A stretch of 45,600 nt of DNA from Faecousia sp. (GCA_045659965.1 JAZRCU010000160.1:1-45600), one strand, 5' to 3'; positions 29,221-37,615 are shown, counted from the first letter of the stretch. Program-made: numbers and translations. The notes: generated from the letters alone by a model not told the origin.

Positions 29221-29247
29221 CTTGGGTAGAAATGATAGGCTTTTCTC

Positions 29248-29317
29248 GGGTCAGAAATGGCCCATCATCCCGGGTGTGGGGGTGGATAGTTTGGCGACTG
29301 GCACCCTCACACTTCTT
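29248..29317 (+). ncRNA. Candidate ~70-nt small RNA
   Basis: TTGATA-17-TAGGCT promoter (29213-29241); GGGTCA-GAAA-TGGCCC hairpin at the predicted +1; long hairpin 29274-29312 followed by TTCTT. Confidence 0.4.
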
Positions 29318-29371
29318 AAAATAGCATTCTACAGTCCGTTTTATTGGACTTATAAAGGGTTATTCTTTATT

Positions 29372-29385
29372 CAAACAGATGTTCG
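29372..29385. promoter_or_regulatory. LexA (Cheo/SOS) box-like site
   Basis: CAAACAGATGTTCG, one mismatch to the Bacillota consensus CGAACRNRYGTTCG. Confidence 0.5.
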
Positions 29386-29427
29386 AATGTGACAACATTT
29401 CCCAGGCTGTCAAATGCTGTCGGAATA

Positions 29428-29456
29428 TTGCCATAGCGAAAAAATTCTGATAAGAT
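29428..29456 (+). promoter_or_regulatory. SigA-type promoter for the 51-aa ORF, convergent with the repressor
   Basis: TTGCCA-17 nt-TAAGAT with TG extension. Confidence 0.55.
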
Positions 29457-29507
29457 TTTAGTATGACATTCGATCCGGTATCGTTATCATGAAAGGGGTA
29501 GAGTATT

Positions 29508-29663
29508 GTGAGTGAAAATGAAATGGAACTAATTAAACTAATTCGTGAAAACGATAACCCTGGGCAGGCATTGATGGCGGCAGCCACCATCATTCTTGGC
29601 TACCTAAAGCAGCACGAATCATGTTCAAAACCATCTGCTGATCAGATTCAGGTACTTTCCTGA
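29508..29663 (+). CDS. 51-aa protein overlapping the repressor 3' end in antisense (not in the ORF track)
   Basis: GAAAGGGG RBS, GTG start; MSENEMELIKLIRENDNPGQALMAAATIILGYLKQHESCSKPSADQIQVLS. Confidence 0.5.
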   Translation: MSENEMELIKLIRENDNPGQALMAAATIILGYLKQHESCSKPSADQIQVLS

Positions 29664-29925
29664 ATAGGTCAAGCAGGATCTTCTCTCCCTCGCTGAGTTG
29701 CAGCTCGGTGGGGGAGTCTTTCTTTTCGTCCCATCCGAACAGATAGGAAGGACTTACATCGAGAGCGTTTGATAGGAGAACGATTTTGTCATAAGGGATA
29801 TTTGTCACGATCTCATTTTCATATTTGAAAATAGTTTGTTTTGTCGTGTTGCAGCGCTGTGCCACCTCGTCAAGGGTCATGTCCCTGCGTTCTCTGGCCG
29901 CTTTGATTCTTTGTCCGATTGTCAT
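29590..29925 (-). CDS. CI-like immunity repressor (XRE HTH, no peptidase domain)
   Basis: MTIGQRIKAARERRDMTLDEVAQRCNTTKQTIFKYE; AGGAGGTG RBS before ATG 29925; divergent from the cro-like gene. Confidence 0.85.
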   Translation of the reverse strand: MTIGQRIKAARERRDMTLDEVAQRCNTTKQTIFKYENEIVTNIPYDKIVLLSNALDVSPSYLFGWDEKKDSPTELQLSEGEKILLDLFRKVPESDQQMVLNMIRAALGSQE

Positions 29926-29945
29926 TGGGCTCACCTCCTGCCCTC

Positions 29946-30036
29946 ATTATAGCACAGAAAAGTTACTTTGCAAGAAAAAAATGACTTGACAAGCGACAAA
30001 ATTTATTGTAACATACAAGTAACCCAGCAAGTTACT
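29946..30036. promoter_or_regulatory. Divergent lysis/lysogeny promoters and operator
   Basis: Leftward TTGCAA-16-(TG)TATAAT (29973-29946); rightward TTGACA-17-TAACAT (29986-30014); operator AAGTAAC-N7-GTTAC at 30017-30035. Confidence 0.7.
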
Positions 30037-30057
30037 ATGACGAAAGGAGAATTTGCT

Positions 30058-30267
30058 ATGATTGATGTGAATAAGCTGAGGGGGAGAATGGCTGAAAAAT
30101 GCCGAAGTGGTCAGGATATGGCAAAAGTGATCAGGAAAACTCCGAAAACATTCTATGCCAAAATGAAAGCTGGTGTTTTTGACAGTGATGAGATCGAGGC
30201 TATAGTCAAGGATCTTGAAATCGAGAACCCTATGGAAATTTTTTTTGCAGAAGAAGTAACCCGATAA
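30058..30267 (+). CDS. Cro-like HTH protein (DUF739-like)
   Basis: AAGGAG RBS; MIDVNKLRGRMAEK..FYAKMKAGVFDSDEIEAIVKDLEIENPMEIFF. Confidence 0.8.
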   Translation: MIDVNKLRGRMAEKCRSGQDMAKVIRKTPKTFYAKMKAGVFDSDEIEAIVKDLEIENPMEIFFAEEVTR

Positions 30268-30272
30268 GTTAC
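30254..30272. promoter_or_regulatory. Distal operator copy at the end of cro
   Basis: AAGTAACCCGATAAGTTAC versus AAGTAACCCAGCAAGTTAC at 30017. Confidence 0.65.
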
Positions 30273-30288
30273 CGAAAAGGAGGAAACA

Positions 30289-30519
30289 ATGGCAAGAGAA
30301 AGTTTGAGCGATATGCAGGTGGAACAGGAGATTGCCCGCCTGCAGGAATCCCATTATGTGAAGCTGGCCAACCGGGAACGGAGGGTAAGGGAGCGCCGCC
30401 GGATGTACCTTTACAGTCTGCGTCAGCTGGAGAAGAAGGGCAAGGCCCTGGAGGAATCCGGCATCACTATGGAAGTGCTGAACGGCATGTGCGAGGAGGT
30501 TGTGGAGGATGACTTCTGA
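30289..30519 (+). CDS. Hypothetical early protein
   Basis: AAGGAGG RBS; 76 aa, charged and helical. Confidence 0.7.
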   Translation: MARESLSDMQVEQEIARLQESHYVKLANRERRVRERRRMYLYSLRQLEKKGKALEESGITMEVLNGMCEEVVEDDF

Positions 30520-30730
30520 AAAGAGCAAGGAGCTGGAGCGCATAGCTGCGTTGGAGAAAGATATGTTGGTGCCTACGGACGTCTGCAAATATCTTGGTTG
30601 CTGCGCCTACACCATCAATGTAGCTACCAGGGACGGTAATAATCCGTTTCCTTTCCCGGTAATCCGGATGGGGACAAGAGTAAGAATACCAAAAGAGCCA
30701 TTCATAAAGGTAATGCGTGGCGAAATTTGA
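30509..30730 (+). CDS. Excisionase-like winged-HTH protein
   Basis: LVPTDVCKYLGC..FPFPVIRMGTRVRIPKEPFI; GAGGAGG RBS. Confidence 0.7.
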   Translation: MTSEKSKELERIAALEKDMLVPTDVCKYLGCCAYTINVATRDGNNPFPFPVIRMGTRVRIPKEPFIKVMRGEI

Positions 30731-30743
30731 AAGGAGAAACATT

Positions 30744-31097
30744 ATGAGTGAAATCAAAAGTGTACCTATGAGCAACTGGGAGTGGGACGACATTGTGAAC
30801 GATCCCAAACGAATGGAAACTGCGGATGCGCGTATTGCCCAGGAGAATCAGCGCAGAGCCCAGAAGGAAATGCTACTGTGCCAGTTCCACCAGAAGAACG
30901 AAGTGCGCAGAAAGAGCCGTGTAGAGGTTGAGGCCTGCCGGTATGCCTGCGGAGCATTGGCGTCTGGTGTAGTAGCCTACTATGTAGGGACCGGCGGTAT
31001 TGACTGGCTGGCGTGGACTCTGGGTTCTGTAGCCGCGGTGCTTGCCCTAATTGCTGCGTATGGCTTCGGCAAGGTCTATGAAATGGGGCGCAGGTAA
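30744..31097 (+). CDS. Hypothetical membrane protein
   Basis: AAGGAG RBS; two C-terminal hydrophobic helices. Confidence 0.65.
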   Translation: MSEIKSVPMSNWEWDDIVNDPKRMETADARIAQENQRRAQKEMLLCQFHQKNEVRRKSRVEVEACRYACGALASGVVAYYVGTGGIDWLAWTLGSVAAVLALIAAYGFGKVYEMGRR

Positions 31098-31101
31098 AAG
31101 A

Positions 31102-31137
31102 AAAACCGCCTCCCGGTGTGCGAGACCGGAAAGCGGC
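31102..31137 (+). other. Intergenic hairpin in the early operon
   Basis: ccgc..ccggt-gtgcgag-accgg..gcgg preceded by an A tract. Confidence 0.45.
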
Positions 31138-31187
31138 TAAGGAAAATTTTGACATGTGCATTGTAGCACAGGAAGGTTGAAAAATCA

Positions 31188-31700
31188 ATGTCTGCTTTGA
31201 AAGATTTGACTGGTCAACGGTTTGGGCGGCTGGTTGTATTGGAACGGACAGAAAATAACATGCACGGAAAACCTCAGTGGAAATGTCGATGTGACTGTGG
31301 AAACGAGCGTGTTATTGAAGGTAATTCGTTAAGAAGGGGCGTAACAAAGAGTTGTGGGTGCCTACATATAGAAGGCTTTAGCGCGTTCAACACTACACAC
31401 GGAAAAGAACAAAGCAGGCTTTATTCGGTGTGGAAGGGCATGAAAAATAGGTGCTATAACCCTAACCATTGCGCTTATAAACGATACGGAGGGAGAGGAA
31501 TTACCGTCTGCGAAGAATGGCTGCACAATTTCCAAGCATTTTACGATTGGGCCATAGCAAATGGTTATGACGAGAATGCACCTAAGGGCCAATGCACGAT
31601 AGACCGCGTAGACAATGACAAGGGGTACAGCCCCGATAACTGCCGATGGGTCGATATGAAAGTACAACGGCACAACAGATCTGATTCAAGGAGTAAATAA
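31188..31700 (+). CDS. HNH-type homing endonuclease
   Basis: KDLTGQRFGRLVV, WKCRCDCG, KSCGC, YGGRGITVCEEW, TIDRVDNDKGYSPDNCRW. Confidence 0.85.
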   Translation: MSALKDLTGQRFGRLVVLERTENNMHGKPQWKCRCDCGNERVIEGNSLRRGVTKSCGCLHIEGFSAFNTTHGKEQSRLYSVWKGMKNRCYNPNHCAYKRYGGRGITVCEEWLHNFQAFYDWAIANGYDENAPKGQCTIDRVDNDKGYSPDNCRWVDMKVQRHNRSDSRSK

Positions 31701-31701
31701 T

Positions 31702-33642
31702 ATGAAAGAAATTAAACTCATTAGTTTAGAAATTGAAAATTTTAAGTGTTTTCGGCATTTAAAACTGGATTTTAACGGAAGAAATGCGGAAATTTCCGGA
31801 GACAATGCAGTTGGCAAAACAACGGTATACGATGCATTTATGTGGTTGCTGTTTTCCAAGAATTCCAATGGTATTGGAGATAAAAATTTTGAAGTAAAGC
31901 CTTTGGACAGTGACGGCAATGTGATCGACCACAACGCGCTGACTTCTGTTGAGGTTGTGTTGGAAGTAAATGGTGAAAAGCTGACACTACTTCGTACTTA
32001 CCGGGAGAAGTGGGAGACCCGGCGTGGTTCCAGTGAGGCAGTTTTTACCGGAAACACCAGTGAGTACAGCGTTAACGGAGTTCCGGTGAAAAGCAATGCC
32101 TTCAAGGATAAGGTGAGTGAGCTTGTAGACGAGGACACATTTAGATTGCTTACCAACACCACCTATTTTTCCAATGATATTTCATGGCAAGAAAGACGGG
32201 CGGTGCTGTTCAAGGTGGCCGGGGTGATGGAGGATAGCGAGATCTTGGCAACCAATGCGCAGTTTGCGCCTCTGGTGGAGAGCATGGGACGCCTAAGCTT
32301 AGAGGACTACAAAAAGAAGTTGCTTGCTGAAAAGAGGAAGTTTGACGGGGCAAAGACGGAGGTTCCCGCCAGAATCAGCGAGTGCCAGAAAACCATTGAT
32401 GATATCCAAGGCTTAGACTTTGCAGGTGCTAAGGCGCAGGTGGAAGCGCTGCAGGCTACCATGAACGGGTTATCTGAGCAGATCGTGGCACTGGAACATG
32501 ACAGCGCAGCAGATCAGAAGCGCATGGAGATCCGGGAAGCACAGTTGGAGCTTTCCAGATTGGATATGGAGAACAAGGCATACCGGGATAGCCAGAACGC
32601 TGGCAGTGTGAATGTACATAGTCTGAACATTCGTCTTACTTCCCTGCAGACCCAGCTGAACGGCAAAAAGCGTACTATCGAAAATGAAAGTACCTATATC
32701 AGTTCGTTGGATCAGCAGATAGCGGACGCCAGAAAGCGCTGGTTTGCCATTAACAACGAGACTTTCACCGGTGGCACCTGCGCTACATGCGGTCAGACCC
32801 TCCCGGCAGAGAAGCTGCAGCAGGCTATGACAGCTTTTGAGACACAGAAAAAGAACCGCCTGCAGGAAATTGAGCAGACAGCCAATGCCAACAAAGCAGC
32901 CAAGGCCCAGGCAGAGGACCGGTTCACTACCGGCATGGGAGAAGTGACCCAGATGGAGGCAGAAATTGCGGAGATCCGGGGGCAGATTGCAGCAGCGGAG
33001 CTTGAAAAGGTGGAACCTAAGGACATGGAGCATTATGCAGAAAATGCACATTCCATCCGCGCCAAGATTCAGACCCTTAACGGGGAGCTGGCAGACATGA
33101 CCACCGCTGCAGCCGATGTTTTGGAGAAGCTGCGGGATGAAAAAATTGAGGTTCAGAAGGCTATGCACGATCAGCAGGCCATTATCAGTAAGGAAAGTCT
33201 GCTGGAATACTCCCGTCAGAGAGTGGAACAGTTGCGTGAGGATGCCAAAACGGCGGCAGCAGCACTGGAAGCGATTGAAAAAATGCTGTGGCTGATAGAT
33301 GTGTACGTTCACTATAAGGCTCAGTTTGTGGAGGAAAGCATTAACGGACTTTTTCGTATTGCCCGTTTCCGTTTGTTCCGTGAACAGGCAAACGGCGGCA
33401 TAGAGGACCGGTGCGATGTTGTTTATGATGGCATTGCATATGAAAATTTGAACAACGGTATGAAGATCAACCTTGGCATTGACATTATCAATACGCTTTC
33501 CATGGCCTACGGTGTGCGGGTACCGCTGTTCGTGGACAATGCAGAGAGTGTGACAAGACTGGAAACCTGCGGCAGCCAGATCATACGACTGGTTGTATCT
33601 GAAAATGATAAGGAGCTGAGAGTGAATTATGAAAATTCGTAA
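31702..33642 (+). CDS. SbcC/Rad50-like (AAA_23) coiled-coil ATPase
   Basis: LEIENFK, Walker A GDNAVGKTT, zinc-hook CATCGQ, LNNGMKI signature, LFVDNAES Walker B. Confidence 0.85.
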   Translation: MKEIKLISLEIENFKCFRHLKLDFNGRNAEISGDNAVGKTTVYDAFMWLLFSKNSNGIGDKNFEVKPLDSDGNVIDHNALTSVEVVLEVNGEKLTLLRTYREKWETRRGSSEAVFTGNTSEYSVNGVPVKSNAFKDKVSELVDEDTFRLLTNTTYFSNDISWQERRAVLFKVAGVMEDSEILATNAQFAPLVESMGRLSLEDYKKKLLAEKRKFDGAKTEVPARISECQKTIDDIQGLDFAGAKAQVEALQATMNGLSEQIVALEHDSAADQKRMEIREAQLELSRLDMENKAYRDSQNAGSVNVHSLNIRLTSLQTQLNGKKRTIENESTYISSLDQQIADARKRWFAINNETFTGGTCATCGQTLPAEKLQQAMTAFETQKKNRLQEIEQTANANKAAKAQAEDRFTTGMGEVTQMEAEIAEIRGQIAAAELEKVEPKDMEHYAENAHSIRAKIQTLNGELADMTTAAADVLEKLRDEKIEVQKAMHDQQAIISKESLLEYSRQRVEQLREDAKTAAAALEAIEKMLWLIDVYVHYKAQFVEESINGLFRIARFRLFREQANGGIEDRCDVVYDGIAYENLNNGMKINLGIDIINTLSMAYGVRVPLFVDNAESVTRLETCGSQIIRLVVSENDKELRVNYENS

Positions 33643-34372
33643 TAATGTAAAACCTACTTTGCCTCCGATACCCGGCGGTACCTATTTGGCAATTTGCGTA
33701 TATTCCATTGGTATTGGTGAGCAGCTTTGCGAGTATGAGGGGAAATCCAAAAACTACTACAATCAGGTAATGCTTGGTTTTGAAATCTGCGGACAGACTG
33801 TAGAGATTGACGGCAAGCAGGAACCGCGCGTACTCGGTAAGACATTTAACGCAACAAAGGGAAAGAAATCCGGTTTGCGTAAGTTTATCGGTGCATGGGA
33901 AGCAAAGGAACTGTCTGACGATGAATATTTGGACAAGGATACCAATGATTATGTTGGAAAAGCAGCCCTTTTGACCGTTGTTCTGAACGAGACCGGCGAA
34001 TACTCCAACATTGACGGAGTTGCACCGCTTCCCGTAGGACTTCCCATTGATGTTCCGCAGCCTTTAAGTAAATTGATTCGTTTTGATGTAGACAACTGGG
34101 ATCAAGCTGCTTTTGAGGCACTTCCAGAATGGGCGCAAGAGAGAATCAAGAAATCTACGCAGTATCAGAAGGAACATCTTCCGGTGGAGACTGTGGCCGT
34201 ACAGGGTGTGCAACAAGCGCCGTCGGCGGTTCAAATGCCCCAGAATATTCCCGGGGTCAATTATCAGGCGATATTGCAGCAGATGGCAGCACAGACACAG
34301 GCAGCTCCGGTGCAGCAGTTTACCCAGAATATTCCCGTTAACAATACGGGTGGAGGGGAGTGTCCGATATGA
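33629..34372 (+). CDS. Putative ssDNA-binding / annealing protein
   Basis: Beta-rich N-terminus (PGGTYLAICV..IGEQ), FEALPEWAQERIKKS motif, Q/P-rich tail; between the ATPase and the MBL nuclease. Confidence 0.55.
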   Translation: MKIRNNVKPTLPPIPGGTYLAICVYSIGIGEQLCEYEGKSKNYYNQVMLGFEICGQTVEIDGKQEPRVLGKTFNATKGKKSGLRKFIGAWEAKELSDDEYLDKDTNDYVGKAALLTVVLNETGEYSNIDGVAPLPVGLPIDVPQPLSKLIRFDVDNWDQAAFEALPEWAQERIKKSTQYQKEHLPVETVAVQGVQQAPSAVQMPQNIPGVNYQAILQQMAAQTQAAPVQQFTQNIPVNNTGGGECPI

Positions 34373-35067
34373 AATTTGAATCATTAGCGTCTTCCTCTGC
34401 TGGAAATGCCTACATCGTGAGTGACAATGATACCCGCATTCTTCTTGAGTGCGGCGTATCCCACAAGAAGCTGCAGAAGCTTTCCGGGTTTTCTATTTCA
34501 GAGTTTGCCGGTTGCCTGGTAAGCCATGAGCACAAGGACCATGCCAAGGCGGTAGCGGAGCTGATAGAGCGTGGAATGACGGTTTACATGAGTGAGGGTA
34601 CCGCGGAGGCGCTGGAAGCAGATGCGGTGCAGCTGATCGAAAATATGGAGCAGTTTAACATTGGCAGCTTCGATATTGTACCGTTTACCACCTTCCACGA
34701 TGCAAAAGAGCCTTTGGGGTTCTTAATTAAATCCCGCGTGGATGGGGATGTGCTGGCCTTTGCTACTGACACGGTGAACCTGCGGTATAAGTTCCCGGGT
34801 ATGAATATCCTGGCGATTGAGGCCAACTATGACAAGGCCATCTTAGAACGCTGCGAGAAGATGCCGGAAAAGGTACGCTACCGTATCACCAATTCCCACA
34901 TGGAGATCGACACCCTGTGTGATTATCTGCGCAGCCTGGATTTGTCAGCTTGCCGGGAGATCCACCTTCTACACCTTTCGGACGCTACAAGCCATGAGGG
35001 ACACTTTATGAACAAGGTCGCAAGGGCAGTGCCAAAGGGAATTACAATCACTGCCTGCAAGAAGTAA
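34369..35067 (+). CDS. Metallo-beta-lactamase-fold nuclease (YycJ-like)
   Basis: LASSSAGNAY, SHEHKDH, HDA, FATDT, IEANY, LLHLS. Confidence 0.9.
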   Translation: MKFESLASSSAGNAYIVSDNDTRILLECGVSHKKLQKLSGFSISEFAGCLVSHEHKDHAKAVAELIERGMTVYMSEGTAEALEADAVQLIENMEQFNIGSFDIVPFTTFHDAKEPLGFLIKSRVDGDVLAFATDTVNLRYKFPGMNILAIEANYDKAILERCEKMPEKVRYRITNSHMEIDTLCDYLRSLDLSACREIHLLHLSDATSHEGHFMNKVARAVPKGITITACKK

Positions 35068-35081
35068 AGGAGTGTGACGGC

Positions 35082-35843
35082 ATGGCAAGACCTGGGATAA
35101 TGCTCTATTTTGATATTTTGGAACCTATAAAGGTATTGCCAGATGCCGACAAGGGACGCTTACTGGTGGCAATGCTGGAATATGGGCGATGCGGAACGGC
35201 TCCGGAATTTGATGGAATGCTGGCGCTGGCGTGGGGATTCGTGAAACCGAAGATTGATAAGGACGAAGAAGAATATAATATGTCAGTCCTGCGCCGGCAA
35301 TATGCTACCGTCTGCCGGGAACGTAAGCGCAAGGGAGAACCGGAGATCACCTTTGATGAATGGCTGAAAACAAATGGCAACCATGATAATCAAAAGCCAT
35401 CAATGGTGACCAATGATAACCAATGGTATCCAACTACAACTACATCTACAACCACAACCCCATCCACAACTACATCTACAACCACAACTACAGCTGCAGC
35501 TGCAACCACATCTACAACGGAACCGAAAGCGGCGGCGGCGACAGAGAGTGAAGCAAGGTTTATAGGAGGGACGTTGGGCAAGGGCGTGGTGCTTCTGTCA
35601 GATGGACAGGTTGGTGATCTTCTGGAAAAGCTGGGTGTGGATGCATTTGACTACTATGTGGACAAGTTATCCAGCTTCATATTGAGGAATGACGCCAAGG
35701 TAAAGAACCACTATGATACCATTCTGAAGTGGTGGCAGGAGGATAGCACCGTTCCAAGGCGTGACCAGGTTCCGAGAGGCGCTTCCGGTAATTTTGGAAA
35801 TGCTGAGCTTGAGGCAATTCGGCGGACGGTGGCTGATGATTAG
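35082..35843 (+). CDS. Replication initiator (DUF6291-like N-terminus)
   Basis: LPDADKGRLLVAMLEY..FVKPKIDKDEEEY N-terminus, T-rich central repeats, DnaD-like C-terminus (KVKNHYDTILKW). Confidence 0.7.
   Translation: MARPGIMLYFDILEPIKVLPDADKGRLLVAMLEYGRCGTAPEFDGMLALAWGFVKPKIDKDEEEYNMSVLRRQYATVCRERKRKGEPEITFDEWLKTNGNHDNQKPSMVTNDNQWYPTTTTSTTTTPSTTTSTTTTTAAAATTSTTEPKAAAATESEARFIGGTLGKGVVLLSDGQVGDLLEKLGVDAFDYYVDKLSSFILRNDAKVKNHYDTILKWWQEDSTVPRRDQVPRGASGNFGNAELEAIRRTVADD
35378..35518 (+). repeat. Iteron-like repeats inside the initiator gene (probable origin)
   Basis: CAATGGT/ATGATAA repeats at 35378-35432, then acaactacatctacaaccacaac twice plus related units. Confidence 0.55.
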
Positions 35844-35855
35844 GAGGTGTTGTGT

Positions 35856-36083
35856 ATGCCGAATGAGTTCAGGCAGTCTTTTGTACAATGCCCCTTCTAC
35901 AAATACGCTGATGGCAGGAGGAGGATAACCTGTGAGGGTCTTATAGACAAAAGTAGTATTGCGTTGCTGTATCTCACACGGAGGGATTATGACATGCAGT
36001 TGCTTACATTTTGCTGTCAACACTACAAGAATTGTGAGATCTACAGAATGTTGATGGAAAACAAATATAAGGAGGAATGTTAA
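35856..36083 (+). CDS. Small Cys-rich protein
   Basis: AGGAGG RBS; CPFY..ITCEG..FCC..YKNCEIY. Confidence 0.7.
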   Translation: MPNEFRQSFVQCPFYKYADGRRRITCEGLIDKSSIALLYLTRRDYDMQLLTFCCQHYKNCEIYRMLMENKYKEEC

Positions 36084-36308
36084 ATGGCAAGTGACCGTGA
36101 ATTGGTTCTTATGCATATGAAAAAATATGGTTCTATTACTGCCAAGGAGGCAGACGAGGAATACGGCATTAAGCGTTTGGCCTCCAGAATCAATGAGCTG
36201 CGCAATCAGGGTGTGGCTATTGAGACAGAAACTTTGTCTTGCAAGAATAGACGCGGTAGGATTTCTAATTTTGCCAGATATAAGCTGGTGGAGGGGGTAG
36301 AGAAATGA
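36084..36308 (+). CDS. Winged-HTH protein (HTH_39-like)
   Basis: GSITAKEADEEYGIKRLASRINELRNQG..ARYKL. Confidence 0.75.
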   Translation: MASDRELVLMHMKKYGSITAKEADEEYGIKRLASRINELRNQGVAIETETLSCKNRRGRISNFARYKLVEGVEK

Positions 36309-36538
36309 TGCTGGATGATGTGATTGAGATCAAGAAGGCCGACCCGGACAGCCAGTGGAGGTTGAGACCGTGCAAGAAGTGCAGCAGTGGAAATGTAGCC
36401 TATGAGCATTACAACGGCAGGGGCGGCGCTGCGTGGCGCGTGAAGTGCTTTGACTGCGGGTATACCGTGGACAAGGGGAACAGGGCCAGGCATGATGCCC
36501 AGGTGAATTGGAATAAGGAGAAAGGCCATGTCGATTGA
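36305..36538 (+). CDS. Lar-like zinc-ribbon protein
   Basis: LRPCKKC..VKCFDCG..AQVNWN pattern. Confidence 0.6.
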   Translation: MMLDDVIEIKKADPDSQWRLRPCKKCSSGNVAYEHYNGRGGAAWRVKCFDCGYTVDKGNRARHDAQVNWNKEKGHVD

Positions 36539-36735
36539 TTGTTGCAAAGACTGCAAGCCGCCTAAGCGCCATGAGGCTTGCTGGGGACACTGCCCGGATT
36601 ATTTGGCTGAAAGGAAAAAAACATGAAGCTGAGAAAGAAAAGGACGATCAACGGCGCAGTGTTAAAAATGGTATTTATCTGCAAAGAACAGACAAGGTTG
36701 TTAAGGCTGAGAGAAGGCATGGGAGGAAAATATGA
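36528..36735 (+). pseudogene. Small Cys-rich gene split by an extra A in an A7 run
   Basis: AAGGAG RBS; MSIDCCKDCKPPKRHEACWGHCPDYLAERKK then stop; removing one A at 36615-36621 continues HEAEKEKDDQRRS...GRKI*. Confidence 0.55.
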
Positions 36736-36863
36736 TGGATATGCTTGATTTATTTTCATATCTGTACGGTGTTGCATCAATTCTACTTCTGGAATCAGTG
36801 GCTTTGATTTTTGCGACTGATTGGCTGAGAAAGAAGGTAGACGATGACAAAAAGGCTTCTTGA
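36732..36863 (+). CDS. 43-aa single-TM protein (not in the ORF track)
   Basis: GGAGG RBS, ATGA overlap; MMDMLDLFSYLYGVASILLLESVALIFATDWLRKKVDDDKKAS. Confidence 0.55.
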   Translation: MMDMLDLFSYLYGVASILLLESVALIFATDWLRKKVDDDKKAS

Positions 36864-37152
36864 ATTAGCAGAGAGAGTCTTATCTGCGATCCTGTCTGGA
36901 CTTGGTTGCTTGGGTTTGTTCATTTTGATATGGGCATTGCTAAGGGCCTTTGGCTCAGAAGATCCAAAGATTGAGAACGCTGGCATTATTATTTTCGTAA
37001 GTATGGTTGTGATACGCCTTATCAATAATGGACTAAAAGATGTTCGCTCCTTGTTATGGGAAGAAGAACTGGACGAGTTGATAAGAGAAGGAAGCAAGAC
37101 TGAGCAAGATATACAGGCAGATGAACTATACGAGCATTTGGAGGTGAAATGA
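36844..37152 (+). CDS. Hypothetical 2-TM protein
   Basis: AAGG RBS; two hydrophobic helices and an acidic tail. Confidence 0.6.
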   Translation: MTKRLLELAERVLSAILSGLGCLGLFILIWALLRAFGSEDPKIENAGIIIFVSMVVIRLINNGLKDVRSLLWEEELDELIREGSKTEQDIQADELYEHLEVK

Positions 37153-37292
37153 CAATGGATGATGATAAGTGCGAAACCTGCAACCGTTGGTTTGAGTGCA
37201 ACGGCGTGGACAAGGATAACTGTCCGCTGTGGAATGTGAAGGGCAAAGAGAATGCCCAGGAACAGCCAAAGGAGAATAGCTGTGGATTGTAA
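37149..37292 (+). CDS. 47-aa Cys-rich protein (not in the ORF track)
   Basis: GGAGGTG RBS; MTMDDDKCETCNRWFECNGVDKDNCPLW. Confidence 0.55.
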   Translation: MTMDDDKCETCNRWFECNGVDKDNCPLWNVKGKENAQEQPKENSCGL

Positions 37293-37449
37293 TTGCAAAG
37301 ATTGCCCGTATCGCATTACTCTTGCAAGAATGTTTGATATTCATATTTGGAAAGAGGATTGCGACAAATACGAAACAGAATATTGCAAGAAACAGAAAAG
37401 CCACCGGAGGAATCGGAATGATAGAGATAGGCCAAAAGGTCAGATATGA
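37282..37449 (+). CDS. Small Cys-rich protein
   Basis: AAGGAG RBS before GTG; MDCNCKDCPY..EDCDKY..YCKK. Confidence 0.5.
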   Translation: MDCNCKDCPYRITLARMFDIHIWKEDCDKYETEYCKKQKSHRRNRNDRDRPKGQI

Positions 37450-37615
37450 TCCGTTTAAGGATATGACTTACATGGGTGTGGGCGAGATCCGGCAGATCGT
37501 TACCGGAACTGTCACCTATATCAACTATAAGCGAGGATGGTTTATGGTTGAACACGAATCTATGAAAAACACTTTCCGCTTCACCGATATCGGTAAGAGC
37601 GTGTGGATCGTGTAA
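37418..37615 (+). CDS. Small SH3/KOW-like beta protein, copy A
   Basis: GGAGG RBS; MIEIGQKVRY..VTGTVTYINYKRGWFMVE..FRFTDIG. Confidence 0.7.
   Translation: MIEIGQKVRYDPFKDMTYMGVGEIRQIVTGTVTYINYKRGWFMVEHESMKNTFRFTDIGKSVWIV

Noticed and set aside
35378-35518. CRISPR-like array
   Set aside because: Short in-frame repeats without unique spacers, inside the initiator gene; better explained as origin iterons or a Thr linker
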